64,000 nt of DNA. Origin: Malacoraja senta (Eukaryota). The position numbers were made by a program, and so were the translations under genes. This document shows, one piece after another, positions 23,858 through 36,560 of this stretch. Where the stretch lies: contig CM075998.1 in the NCBI GenBank assembly GCA_038087875.1, positions 620,001 to 684,000 of the forward strand, read 5' to 3'. Positions within the stretch are counted from its first letter, which is position 1, and each line of letters starts with the position of its first letter. The notes beneath the pieces are model-generated. The model did no database searches, had not been told where the DNA came from, and worked only from the letters and a program-made list of their open reading frames with translations.

Positions 23858-24790
23858 TTATTTATTAGAAGTACATTACATCACAGCCACATACATTAAT
23901 ACTCGTCATTTATATCTTCTTACAATTAATGTACTCCCTTTATTTATTTTTTTACACTAAAGAAAGAAAAGATTGAAAGAGAGAAGAAAGTGAAGGAAAA
24001 AGTGCAAGTGTAGAAAAGTGTAGAAAATGTAACAACAAAAAAAAAGGACGAAGACCCTATGAGAGCGAAATTAAAAACAAAAAGAAAAAGAGTTAAGAAA
24101 TAGGCCCTAAGAAAAGAAAAGAGAGAGAGAAAAAAAGAAAAACAAATGTTTTTTTTTTTGAGCATCACGTAAATAGGACATACCAACTCTTCAACTATCA
24201 TCCCCCCTTACCCGACAAACACCACAACTTCAACTTGCCTGGAAGCCATGACTTCTCTATTCTTTCTAACAGTAACATCCTTTCTAAGTTGCTGAGCCTG
24301 TTCAGTGTCATCCAAATTCCTGTTATACCACCTACCCAAACTTTTAACTGGTTTCTCCATTATAGACAGGATTTTTTCTTCATCTACATAAAACCTTTTC
24401 TCTACTACCTTTCCTTGTGCCAAAGAAATACTCCGTGACTTACTAGGCTTAATCTTCAATCTAGCCCATTTAAGATTATCATTTATCTTCACTGATAACC
24501 TTCTGTTGTGGTCACCAAGATCATATCATCCATATAGGCCCTGATTGGAGGGAGGCACAGTCCGTCATCCATCTCTCCACGCCGACGACCCACCGTGATG
24601 CTCTAATCACTAGCTCCATCGCCATTGTAAAAGCTAACGGGGAAATAGTACACCTTGGCATAATGCCTATCTGTAGTCTCTGCCATGCTGTCGTAAAGTC
24701 TGCTGTACTAAAACACATTCGGACATCTTGGAAATATGCTTGCACTAAATTTACTATCAATCCTGGAACTAAAGAAATCAAAAGCACCTG
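23600..24790 (-). mobile_element. HERO-like (restriction-like endonuclease class) non-LTR fragment, RT region, split by an L1 tail
   Basis: QIGIMPRCTISPLAFTMAME, WARLKIKPSKSRSISL, WCLQFGLFPGLMWPLTVYEVPISKVERLER. Confidence 0.7.
23818..24215 (-). mobile_element. Short 5'-truncated L1 3' UTR copy, same family as 17059-22313
   Basis: Inverted similarity to about 21926-22313; poly(T) from 23818; 16-bp TSD CAAACACCACAACTTC (23802-23817, 24216-24231). Confidence 0.9.
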
Positions 24791-25509
24791 TTTGTTCTAT
24801 CAATGCTCCCGCACATCGTTCATTACCCAGAACAGCAGAAAACATAGCTTGGGTGCCTTTCCTGATTGACTCCTGTGGTGACTGTGGCATGCCTCTCACG
24901 GGGTGGGAGGGGGGAGAAGGTGGGGCATAGTCTGTCTGCATCTTTAAATTCAGAGTGCCAGTTGTTATTTACTTCAGCCAGACAGTCATATGATTTCCAG
25001 GAAGTCAATGTGACTCCACCCCTGCATACTGGGCAGCAACACAACTCCAGCCTGGCTTCACGAAAGATTGTGAGGCCCAGGAGGGGTAATGCTCCATTCA
25101 GGAATAACAGGAAAGTGTGAGAGAGAAAGAGAGGGGCGGGGGGGCTGGGGGCAGACAGAAAAGGAAAATGTGAGATTGGACAAAGGCCGGATCAAGGCCA
25201 ATGTTCCCTCTTTTTCCCCAGTACTATTTTGTCAAACACCCTGTTTATATATATTCAAGGAGAGTGTTTTTATGTGAGGGTCTAGCATCCAGCTCTTGAT
25301 AAAAAACATAACTGCTTTGCTTGTGTTGGCTGCTCAGACTTGGAAGGAGGCCATTTGTCAGTGACATAAGTTAAATGAAGTTGAGTTACCATACAAGCCT
25401 GGTCACTTTTCCTCTTGCTTAAACGGTGAAAAAAACAAGTACATCATTCTTTCTTGAGATATTGATGTCACCATTTATTGCCCATTCCCAACTGCTCCTT
25501 GTGAAGGGA

Positions 25510-27992
25510 ACCTAACATCTGTGGTTGGAAAGTTACTAGAGTATTCTGAGGAATAACATATACATGCATTTAGATGGACAAGGGCTGATTAGAGATAGCA
25601 CAGATTTGTACGTGGGAGATCGTATCTCACAAATCTGGTTACGTTTTTTAGAAGATGTGACCAAAAAGGTTGATGAGGGCAGAGTTGTAGACATTGTATA
25701 TATGGATTTTAGCAAGGCATTTGACAAGGTTCCGCATGGTAGGCTGCTCTGGAAGGTTCAATTGCATGCAATCCAAGGAGAGATAGCTGACTGGATGGAA
25801 GATTGGCTTCATGGGAAGCAGAGGGTGATGGTGGAAGGTTGCTTCTCGGACTGGAGGTCTGTGACTAGTGGTGTGCCTCAGGGTTCAGTTTTGGGCCCAT
25901 TTCTGTTTGTCATCTATATCAATGATGTGGATTAGAACATAAAAGGCATGATTAGCAAGTTTGCAGATGACACTAAACTGTACATTAAGTGTACATATTG
26001 TACATAGTGAAGCCGATTGTCAAAAATTGGAACAGGATCTTGATCAGTTGGGCAGGTGGGCTGAGGAATGGTTGATGGAATTTAACATAGAGAAGTGCGA
26101 GATATTGCATTTTGGGCAGTCTAACAAAGTGAATGGCTGGACTCTGGGGAGTGTTGCAGAGCAGAGGGATCTAGCAGTGCAGGTACATAATTCTTTGAAA
26201 ATAGCATTAGTTAGATAAGGTGGTCAAGAAGACTTTTGGCATATTAGCCTTAATCAGTCAGAGTATTGAGTATAGATATGTAGGAAGGAACTGCAGATGC
26301 TGGTTTAAACCGAACTGAAGGTTCTCAACCAGAAACGTCACCCATTCCTTCTCTCCAGAGATGCTGCCTGTTCTGCTGAGTTACTCCAGCTTTTTGTGTC
26401 TACATTGAGTATAGATGTTGGGAGGTCATGTTACAGTAGTATGAGACATTGGTGAGGCCACATTTAGAGTTTTGTATTCAGTTTTGGTCCCTATGTTACA
26501 TAGAAACATAGAAAATAGTTGCAGGAGGAGGCCATTCGGCCCTTCGAGCCTGCACCGCCATTCATTGTGATCATGGCTGATCGTCCCCAATCAATAACCT
26601 GCCTTCTCCCCATATCTCTTGATTCCACCAGCCCCTAGAGCTCTATCTAACTCTCTCTTAAATCCATCCAGTGATTTGGCCTCCACTGCCTTCTGTGGCA
26701 GGGAATTCCACAAATTCACAACTCTCTGGGTGAAAACGTTTTTTCTCACCTCAGTCCTAAATGGCCTCCCCTTTATTCTAAGACTGTGGCCCCTGGTTCT
26801 GGACTCGCCCATCATTGGGAACATTTTTCCTGCATCTAGCCTGTCCAGTCCTTTTATAATTGTATATGTTTCTATAAGATCCCCCCTCATCCATCTAAAC
26901 TCCAGTGAATACAAGCCTAGTCTTTTAAATCGTTCCTCATATGACAGTCCCGCCATCCCAGGGATCAATCTCGTGAACCTATGCTGCACTGCCTCAATCA
27001 CAAGGATGTCCTTCCTCAAATTAGGAGACCAAAACTGTACACAATACTCCAGATGTGGTCTCACCAGAGCCCTATACAACTGCAGAAGAACCTCTTTACT
27101 CCTATACTGAAATCCTCTTGTTATGAAGGCCAACATTCCATTTGCTTTCTTCACTGCCTGCTGTACCTGCGCACCAACTTTCAGTGACCGGTGTACAAGG
27201 ACACCCAGGTCTCGCTGTACCCCCCCCTTACCTAACCTAACCCGATTGAGATAATAATCTGCCCCCTTGTTTTTGCCACCAAAGTGGATAACCTCACATT
27301 TATCTATATTATACTGCATCTGCCACGCATCTGCCCACTCACTCAACCTGTCCAGGTCACCCTGCAACCTCCTAACATCCTCTTCACAGTTCACACTGCC
27401 ACCCAGCTTTGTGTCATCCGCAAACTTGCTAGTGTTTCTCCTAATTCCCTCTTCCAAATCATTAATATATATGGTAAACAGTTGCGGCCCCAACACCTCC
27501 ACTCGCCACTGCCTGCCATTCTGAAAAGGACCCGTTCACTCCTACTCTTTGCTTCCTGTCTGCCAACCAATTTTCTATCCATGTCAACACCCTACCCCCA
27601 ATACCATGTGCTCTAATTTTAGTCACCAGTCTCCCGTGCGGGACCTTATCAAAGGCTTTCTGAAAGTCTAGATACACTACATCCACTGGCTCCCCTTCAT
27701 CCATTTTACTTGTCACATCCTCAAAAAATTCCAGAAGATTAGTCAAGCATGATTTTCCTTTCATAAATCCATGCTGACTTGGACTAATCCCTTTACTGCT
27801 ATCCACATGCCCCATTATTACCTCTTTAATAATTGACTCCAGCATCTTTCCCACCACCGAAGTCAGGCTAACTGGTCTGTAATTCCCCATTTTCTCTCTC
27901 GCTCCTTTCTTGAAAAGTGAAAAATAGGAAAGATGTTATCAAGCTGGAAAGGGTGCAGAGAAGAGTTACGAGGATGTTGCCAGGACTTGAGA
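25510..27992 (+). mobile_element. Older CR1 LINE, interrupted by two nested insertions
   Basis: [25 protein letters not shown]. Resumes at about 27921 after the nested CR1. Short Penelope-type repeat at 26278-26403 with 13-bp TSD ATTGAGTATAGAT. Confidence 0.85.
26499..27918 (-). mobile_element. Younger CR1 LINE, 5'-truncated, nested in the opposite orientation
   Basis: ORFs 27462-27890 and 26591-27502 ([24 protein letters not shown]); (ttctatg)-type tail at 26499. Confidence 0.93.
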
Positions 27993-30789
27993 GCTGATTG
28001 CGGGCCTGTAGGCATCATATGCCAGATGGGATCTGGGCATGTTTGTGTGCCTTCACCACCACCCTCCAAGCTGCAACAATTGGGGGATGGGCAGTTGAGC
28101 GAAGCGGAGATCAGAGCAGACTCACTCGCTCACTCACCGAATCAGTGAGGCCAGCTGGCAACCACTTCTCCTTTGCCTGCTTGCCCCCCTGTCCCAGCTG
28201 TTTCTGTGACCCTCTCTCACACACTGTCTTTGTTAACTTTTGACTTACAGAACAGTTTGGGTTATGAACAGTTCGCAGGAACAGAGCCCTGTTGTAACCT
28301 GGGGATTTCCTGTACCCATACATCCAAATCATTATCTTCCAGAGTATATGTTCCCAACATACATGAAGAAAAGCAGAGAATCTAGTACTGCCGCTGTGAG
28401 CTCCACTATACAGTTCCCTTCAGTACAAAAAAGCACATTTTCACTAAGACAGTTTCCTGTCAATGTTCTATCCTTGCTGCTCAAGCTCCTTTTATTCCAT
28501 GGTTGAATCTTGATGACAAGCCATATAATATATACCACATCAACTCATCAATCCTCTTTGTTATTTCATCAAAAAACCTAATCAAGTTAGTTGACAAAAT
28601 TTGGCTTTCTAATCAATCTACATTTGTTCAAATGACTGCTAATTCTGTCTTTATTAATTCTAGAACTTTGCCACCACGAATGTTAGAAAGAATGGTCTAT
28701 ACAGTTGTTAGAAACTTTTTGAAAAAGGATATAGCATCTACAATTTTTCAGTCCTCAGGCACCAACCCTTAATCTACAGATGCTTGGAAGATTATGGGCA
28801 TGTTTTCTACAATGTCCTGATTTATTTCCTTCAGCAACGTAGGATGTATAGCAGATGGACCAGGTGATTTGTCTTCTTTAGATGTAGCTAGCCTTTCTAG
28901 AACTTCCTCTTTATCACTTTTTTTCCCCATACAGAATCTCAATTACATCTTCTGCGCTGAGCATCAAGCAATATCTGTTGGAGCTAGAAGGAACTGCAAA
29001 TGCTACTTTATTAAAAAAAAGTATTTGAATAACATCGGATCAGGCAGTATTGCTGGAGAACACGGATAGGTGATCTTTTGGCTTGGGACTCTTCTTCAGC
29101 AGTATAATTTTCCTTGGTGAATAATATAAAACAATTTTTTAGCATCTCATCTATGCCATCTGGCGCATGAGCAGATTTCCTCTTTGGTCTCTGATTGATC
29201 CCATTACCATCTCTTACAACCATTTTCCTAATCATAAATTACTAAGGTTCCCTTTTATACTTGCTGCCAGTCTTATATTTTATCTTTGGTCTCTTATTTC
29301 CTTTTTGATTTGCTTCTCCTCTTATCTTACATAATCAGCCAGGTTTTCATACGATAGAACTTTATTCATCCCCGGAGGGAAATTGGTCTGCCAACAGTCA
29401 ACAACACACAACAAGGTACACAAAAATTTGAAATTAAAATTGAAAACACAACGAAAAAGACAAGCGACTGTTTGGCTGGCTGCCGTGTGCATAGCGCCTT
29501 CACCCGAACGAGCGAACAAACAGACAAACGAACACAGGCTTATCCCCTAGGCAGAGGATTCTAAAACTAGAGTGCCCCGCCCCCACACTGGGGGGAACAT
29601 GTGTTTAGACCGAGCTTTTCTCGTATGCTTGTATTTTTCTGCTCTATTTTACTCTCTATTTTTACTCCATTGTTGGTTATCCAAGGAGCTCTGGCTTTAA
29701 TTTTCCTCCCCTGCTTCCTCATGGGTAGGTACCTAGACTATAGCTGAACTTACTGGTGAAGGAAATCAGTGGGGCAGGCAGCATCTGTTGAGGGAAATGG
29801 ACGGACAACGTTTTGGGTCGAGACCCTTGTGTTTCCACATGGCTGAAACATCGCTTTAAATACCTCCCATTGTTCAAATGAAGTCTGCTTGCCAAGCTTT
29901 GATGTCAAGGATTAATTTGCATATTATTCTCCACTCTATAGTACAGTACAAACTGTTCCCCACTCTAACTTAGTGGTTGCATTCCTGGTCTGGTAATCCA
30001 GCGTCCTGGGTCACTGATCAGGAGGCATGTGTTCAATTCTCACAATGGCACCTGGGGAATTTAAATTCAGCTAGGTAAGTAAATCAGCAATTAAAAAAGT
30101 GATTGCAATGGTGATCATGAAATGCCATGATTGTTATAAACTCTCATCTGGTTCACTGATGCTCCTAGTGGAAAGAAACCTACCACACCCATGCCCTCTA
30201 CCAGCTAAAAGAACAAAGGCAGCAAAAGCATGGCAACACCATCACCTGGAAGTTGCCCTCCACGCCACACACATCCTAACTTGGAAATATATTGTTGTTC
30301 CCTCACTGTCACTGGGTCAAAATCCTGGAACTTCCTCCCTATCAGTATTATGGGCACATCCACATCTCAAGGACCGCAGTGGGTCACGGCATCAGCTCTA
30401 TACCACCTTCTCCACAACAATTAGTGATGGCCATTAAATGCTGGCTCAGCCTTTCTTTCCCAGGGTCCAATCCAATGTAATGGGCAATGTAAATGTCTGG
30501 ATAGTGGACTCCCTCATCATCATCATTGAAAACATCAACGGGCACGTAGCCATACAATGCCGTGTACGACAGTGATCGCAACTTCTACTGAAGTGTGGAT
30601 GGCCGTTGGCTCGCTAGGAGCCTATCCGCCCTTTGACAGGTCTTGTTTTTGGTCTTGCTGGGGGTCTCCAGCCCCCTCCTCACCTGGCAAGCCAGGTGGG
30701 GGAGACGGTTTAGTCGCTGACTATCCGACCATGGAGCAGGTAGCACAGGATTACATGGTACTCGTCGCAGGTGGAACTCCCCCCACCTG

Positions 30790-31430
30790 ACCTCCCTCAG
30801 GATAAAGGAATCACAAATGTTTCCTAAAAACCTGGCATGCATCATGTTCTTCTTGTGATTCACAATCACCAGCTCATTGAGGGAACAAAAATATTTTATT
30901 TCATAAGGAAGTTTGGGTTATTAAGGGAAGCCCTTATGGGCATGTGAACTCAGTCAATAGCAACGTACACATGAGAGGCCAGCATCTCTGGGAGATCCCA
31001 GTGATCAGGATACCACCTGTTCTGAACTGAAATAATTTCTTTACAAATAATTCTCCGATGCAGCAGTGAGGAACAACTTGTGAGACATGGAAGAGATTTG
31101 CTGTGACTGCTTGGAAAGATCTTGCAGTGAAGAAGTTGAGAGTCAATGTGAACTTGACCTTCATGGAGAGCATGAAAGCATAACAAACGGTCTTCCTGTA
31201 GAATGTCACATAGCTCAATGATGACACCCTTGGAAAAGCTGAGCCTTGAATACATTGTACAGCAGAGATGTCCAGGTGAAATGTGGTGTCTCTGAAGACT
31301 TTGTAGGAATAAGCTGGTTGGCATGTCTTTGCCTTATGCTCCGAGGTGCCCAACTCACCCTAGTAGCAGCCACGGCCATAATGACCTTTCCAGTGATGGA
31401 TTGCTGACAGCATGTCACTGCTGAAGCATC
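30790..31430 (-). mobile_element. Degraded PIF/Harbinger transposase (HARBI1-like nuclease)
   Basis: Frame-broken motifs RLSFSKGVIIELCDIL, LSMKVKFTLTLNFFTARSFQAVTANLFHVSQ, HARFLGNICDSFILRE. Confidence 0.7.
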
Positions 31431-32094
31431 TTGAATACGTATCTCAGCATCTAAATGCTGGAAAAAACACTTACTTCAGTTGCAACACATTCCGTGGATA
31501 TAGAAGATGTTTGAGCAACTTGCACTGATTTCTAAAGGTGCCAAGTCAGGTCTCCTGATGTCAGCAGACTGCCACATTCAATAGAAAAGAAATTCTACAT
31601 GGTAATGCATTCCAAATTCTACTTAGACTGTTCCATGACAGTTGTGGTGTAGAGATTTCTACTCCAGGCTATCTTGGCACAGGTAGAATCTGACATTATA
31701 TGAATAATGACATCATTTGGCACACACCTGAAGCAAGGAATTGCCAGGCAGATTAACATGAATAGACGATGCAAGTGCCCGGCACTATTTCACCTGGAAA
31801 TGATAGGTTCTACCCATTACCTACCAGTCTCTTGTCTCGACACACCCTCCCTCTTCTCCATCACCCATCATCCCATCCCCTCATTGCTCGCACCTATAAC
31901 CTATCTCTGTCTCACCCTTCCCTCTCACCAATGGACTGGCTATTTCCCTCTACACTATGACTATCGATCCTGATCCAGGGTCTCTACCCGAAATGTCGGC
32001 GATCTATTTGCCTTCACGTATGCTGCTAGACCCGCTGAATTCCTCCAGTAATTTATTTTTATGGTTAACTACGCGTCTTTCTCCAAAAGAGAAT

Positions 32095-32440
32095 TACACA
32101 TTCGCAATGAGTCGCACACGGCACGTAAACAATCCCGGAGAATCATGTGTTGGAATCCTATGTTAAAATGTGGTAAAAGTAGCCTATCTTTCCCTTTAAG
32201 ATACCAGCTTTCCCAATTATCCAATCAAAAGGTTCACGGCAGTTTCAAGCCATCCCAAGCGCTGATATGTCTCTTTTTAAAAACTGTTAATAAATAAAAG
32301 CATTCTTTCAGGTATGGCATAGTGCAAACCAACAAGGAAGCAGACTTGTATATGCCTGTACTCTGAGGGAGACAAGCTTTGCAGTTGGTATGTCCGGAGC
32401 AGAGCTGGGACCCTGTTCGTGTGGGAGGTTGTTTACTGGA
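32095..32440 (+). promoter_or_regulatory. Putative promoter of the CTDSP2-like / miR-26 host
   Basis: Local CpG enrichment, forkhead sites GTAAACAA (32125-32132) and TTGTTTAC (32429-32436), CCAAT at 32213 and 32221, upstream of a strong donor at 32678. Confidence 0.5.
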
Positions 32441-35409
32441 AACCCGGGCGCCTTGAAACTGTTACGGACTCATTTGTTCGGTTTGTTTTCGTTTCCTTTC
32501 TCTGCCCCTGTTGTTGGGGTTGGGAGGGTACTGGATGGAGGAGGTATAACTGTAATTTCGTTGTAGCTGGAGCTATTTGGGATCGGACTGCGCCGGTGGG
32601 GGAAACTAGGTGTAAAAGAGAATTTAAGACTAGCAAGTCGTAACGAGGCGCATCTCTCACCTCTGCGATGGAATGCAGGTGAGGAAGGAACTTTGTATGT
32701 CGTCCCCTCCCCTTATTTTCAAAAACGTGCAGTCCATCCACTACTTTTTTTTGCTGGTGCATCCACGTGTTTTTTTTAATCATTTGAGTGTAACAGAGTG
32801 TAGAGATTTGCAGCAAAATATTTTTTAAATTTAAGAATCAGGGATAGGGTGTGCTTATAGTTGTAGAACATCAGCATTAAGCCCAGAGATTTAGGGCTCT
32901 ATTTAAAATGTTATTTTGTTTTCTTTGTTTACGGTGAACGTTTCCAATTCTATTAAACCTTCCCTCTGCTTTGCAAGCTTTTCTCTCTAGTTGGTGAATA
33001 ATTTTCCACATCTTATTAAAATGAAAATCATTTCCACATGAACATTGCTCCTGAATTACAGGATACTGAATAACTGTCATTGTTTAACGTGAATGTTCCC
33101 TTCACTTTTTTTAACGTTTACCTGGGTGTTCGATTACCATCTTGCTATTTCCTCTGCCCTTGTAATTCCAAACTTCGTTTTCTTTGACCCAATATATTTA
33201 AGAATCCTCAATTTCCCCATTTTTTTAAATTGAAGCATTTTTTTTGGCAGTGAATGCACTAGGCAAAGTCGTTTTAAAAAATGTTGTTTTAAACATAAAC
33301 TGGTCTCTTTCTGGTGCTATAAGAAATGATATGTAGACCAAGCTTGAGGCTCCTTTAAGGGGAGATGCAGAATTATTAGCTAAATGGAACCCTGTCGCTC
33401 ACCGAGGGATATTCAAGTGTTTCAATTGTAAATAGGTAAGGAGAGAGGAAAATTTTAATGTTTTAATGTTATCATTTTAATGTTTATCATTTATGTATCT
33501 GGTAACAAAGTACCCTTTTTATACAAATAAAACAAAAAGTGTTTACCACAATTGGAATCACCCCTCTATGGTTGGGACCAGCAGGGTTTCCCATATACTC
33601 CATGGAAAGCCTGGGAGGCTAAGGACATTTTAGTTTCTGACAAATAATGTTACTCTTTCCCTTCATAATATTACATGCGTGGGGGATCTAATCATGCTAA
33701 AGGATGGGCATGGGTGTTTTCTTAACCCCTGGGTCAGTTTATGCATGCAGCCAATGGCTTCTTAGCCAGACAAACACTTAAGCACCTGTGAATTGGGGTT
33801 AACAGGTTGTTGCTATGTTAGATATGCTCGATACCTATGAAAATTTGGCATCAAATGTTCAGTGTTAGGCAAAGTAAGATAATGGAAATCACAAGTTTGT
33901 TTCTGGTTTCTTGGCTAATTTTGACAGGTTAAAAGGAAGAGAGATTTACATTTCAATAGTCCTTTTGTTTTCCAAGTACTTTTGGTTTTCTTAAGTACAG
34001 TTCCTGATGTAATAAATTGGACAATACTTTGTGCATGGCAAACTCCCAAGAATAACAATGAGATTAGTGACTAGTCATTCTGTTTTAGTAATGGTGATTA
34101 AAGGACACTACTTTTGCAAAATAATGCTGTGGGATCTGTTCTGTGAGATGGTTGATAGGCCAAACTGGATTACTGGATTTTGTCTTTCCAAAAATATGAC
34201 ACCTAGAACATGAAGCCCGCCACTATTGAATACTTAAAATTCTTCCCAAATGGAGCTTTAACCTATGTAGTTCTGACTTGAATTGAGATTGTTGGTCGGA
34301 GTTTTGGTATTGGGGATACTGTAATTGGTCTCAAATACAACAAACTTGTGAGTGTGCTGGACAGTGCAGTATGTTGAGGGAGTACAGTCATTTTCTATCT
34401 GCAATGCACTTTCTGATCATTAATAATCATGGTTCTTCTTGCAGAAGTATGGTCAATTTAGTGAGGAATGGGGGGCTGTGGGCTTCACATGGAACTGAAT
34501 TCCAATTCCATCAAGGAATATGACAGAACTTTTTGAAATGAAATGTTTTTAAAAGAAGAAATTAGATTGTGAAGCTTGTTCTGAATGAGATAAAGAATCC
34601 ATGTGAGATTAAACACCTCAATCCAGTATTGCCAATCTTTCCCTCTATCAATCCATGTATATACAGTACTGCACATTTCTTTAGTCTTACTATCACAATT
34701 GTTGATAATGTCCCTTTTGTTCGGATCATGTATTCTATCCTGTGCCTCACTCCGGGTAATGTTCTGGGAGGTGTGCCTGTAGTAATGTATATAATTTGTG
34801 TAGTAACATAAAATGTGTACAGTTTCTTTCCACCAAGCCATCAGGGTTTGTGGTGCTTCTCAGGGCTATCTTGTGCCACTGATTTGGTCTTTTGGTAAAC
34901 ACCATTTTTGCTTTTCTGCACAGGCTATGTTTGCAGACATGTGCACTCAGCAGCCTTGAAGGAAATCCATTTCCTAAAGGTAGAAACTTTTGTCTCTACC
35001 TCCTTTTTATATGTTAAGATCTAAAAGTGACATAGTAGGTATATGGAACATTACAAATAAGTGATTTATGAGGGGTTTGAGTGATTTTAAACCCCAATGG
35101 TTTCTAACTATAATTTTTTTGGTATTTGGAGGCCAGACCACCAGCTTGAGCTTATGTGTGTTAATCTTATGTGCAGTTCTGTAACTGGATCCTTCCCCTG
35201 CAATTAGTGTGGGCTATGATCCAGCTTGGGATGCACAATGAAATAGAAAATGACTGAAGTGCAGGCAATTGGTGGCACTGTGGGGCATTGGGTGTCTGGT
35301 TCACACAAAACCTAATTTTAATTTGCAGCTTTCTTTATTTTACTGGATTTTTATTAAATGGTCAAATTAATAGCAACTCCATCCATTTTCCATCATCCCA
35401 CCACTTTTT

Positions 35410-35900
35410 ATAAGACTGCATTTGGAGTATTGTGCTTAGTTTTGGTCACCCTTCTATGGGAAATATGCCTTCAAGCTGGAAAGGGTGCAGAGAAGATTTA
35501 CGAGGATGTTGCCTGGACTTGAGGTCCTTAACTATAGGGAGAGATCAGGCACGCTAGAACTTTATACCTTGGAGTGCAGGAGGTTTGGGAGTGATCTTAT
35601 GGTGAAAATAGATGGGTGAATGCAGTCTTTTATCCAGAGTACGGGAATCAAGGACGAGATGACATATGTTTAAGGTGAGGAGATTTAATAGGAAGCTGAG
35701 GGGCAACTTTTTCCACTGAGGGTGGTGGGTATATGGAACGAGCTGCCAGAGCAGGTAGTTGAGGCAGGTATTATGACAACATTTAAAACACAATTGGACA
35801 TGGGCGAGGGATATGGGCTAAAAGAGGACAAATAGGACTAGCTTAGATTGGGCATCTTGGTCGGCATGGAAGAGTGGGGCCGAAGGGCCTATTTCCGTGT
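35410..35900 (+). mobile_element. Degraded CR1 3' fragment
   Basis: ttggagtattgtg...aagggtgcagagaagatttacgaggatgttgcc...ggccgaagggcct tail. Confidence 0.75.
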
Positions 35901-36049
35901 TGCATGGTTGCAAGACATTCCTTAAACCTACCTTGGATGATGATGCTTGACCCAATGCCTCCCTCTATTTGGTCCGTGTCAAATTGATCTGATGACATTT
36001 TACTACGTTAAAGACAGTGTACAAATGCTAGTTGTTGCCATTAAAGTCC

Positions 36050-36560
36050 TAACTGCGGGACTGTCAAGGGTCGACATAGCTGACGCACGTGAGAAGTGGC
36101 AGATGCTCCTTTCGAGTTTTGCCTTTTTAGTGCCATATAAAGCAAGTTTACTTCAAATGGAGGGTCGCGCTGAAGAGGATTTCCGCTCCCCGTTTAAAAC
36201 AAGAGCAGGCGTGAGGCAACTTAAAGTTGACCCCCCCCCCCCCCCCCCATCAAAGGCCATCTTTAGGAAATGGTTTGCATCATAAACTTTCTTAGTGTAA
36301 GTAAAAAACTTTCTGAGGTGGCTTGCAATGCTGCGCGCCTTTGCCGCTCTGCAGCCAAGGGGTCGAACAACTTGGCCTCGTGGGGCAGTGGAGGGCTGGG
36401 CTCGCTCTCCCGCGCGCGCTCCGGGGCGCTGGGCGGCCACGCGGCGGAGGAGGCTTCCTCGCGCCTGCTCATGGTGGCCGAGCCGTGGCGCCGTCGCTCG
36501 GTGAGCGAAACGACGCTCTTTGGAGCGAAACTAAGGCAAACGTTTGGGAGTCAAGTTGTG
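36050..36560. promoter_or_regulatory. CpG island inside intron 1 of the CTDSP2-like locus
   Basis: Dense CpG at 36320-36530, no recognised repeat, TATA-like TATAAAG near 36137, donor TCG|GTGAGC at 36500. Confidence 0.6.

Noticed and set aside
32232-32270. VHGSFKP resembling CTDSP VHSSFKP
   Set aside because: Lies upstream of exon 1, lacks the preceding DLDETL, and spans what is normally an intron position.
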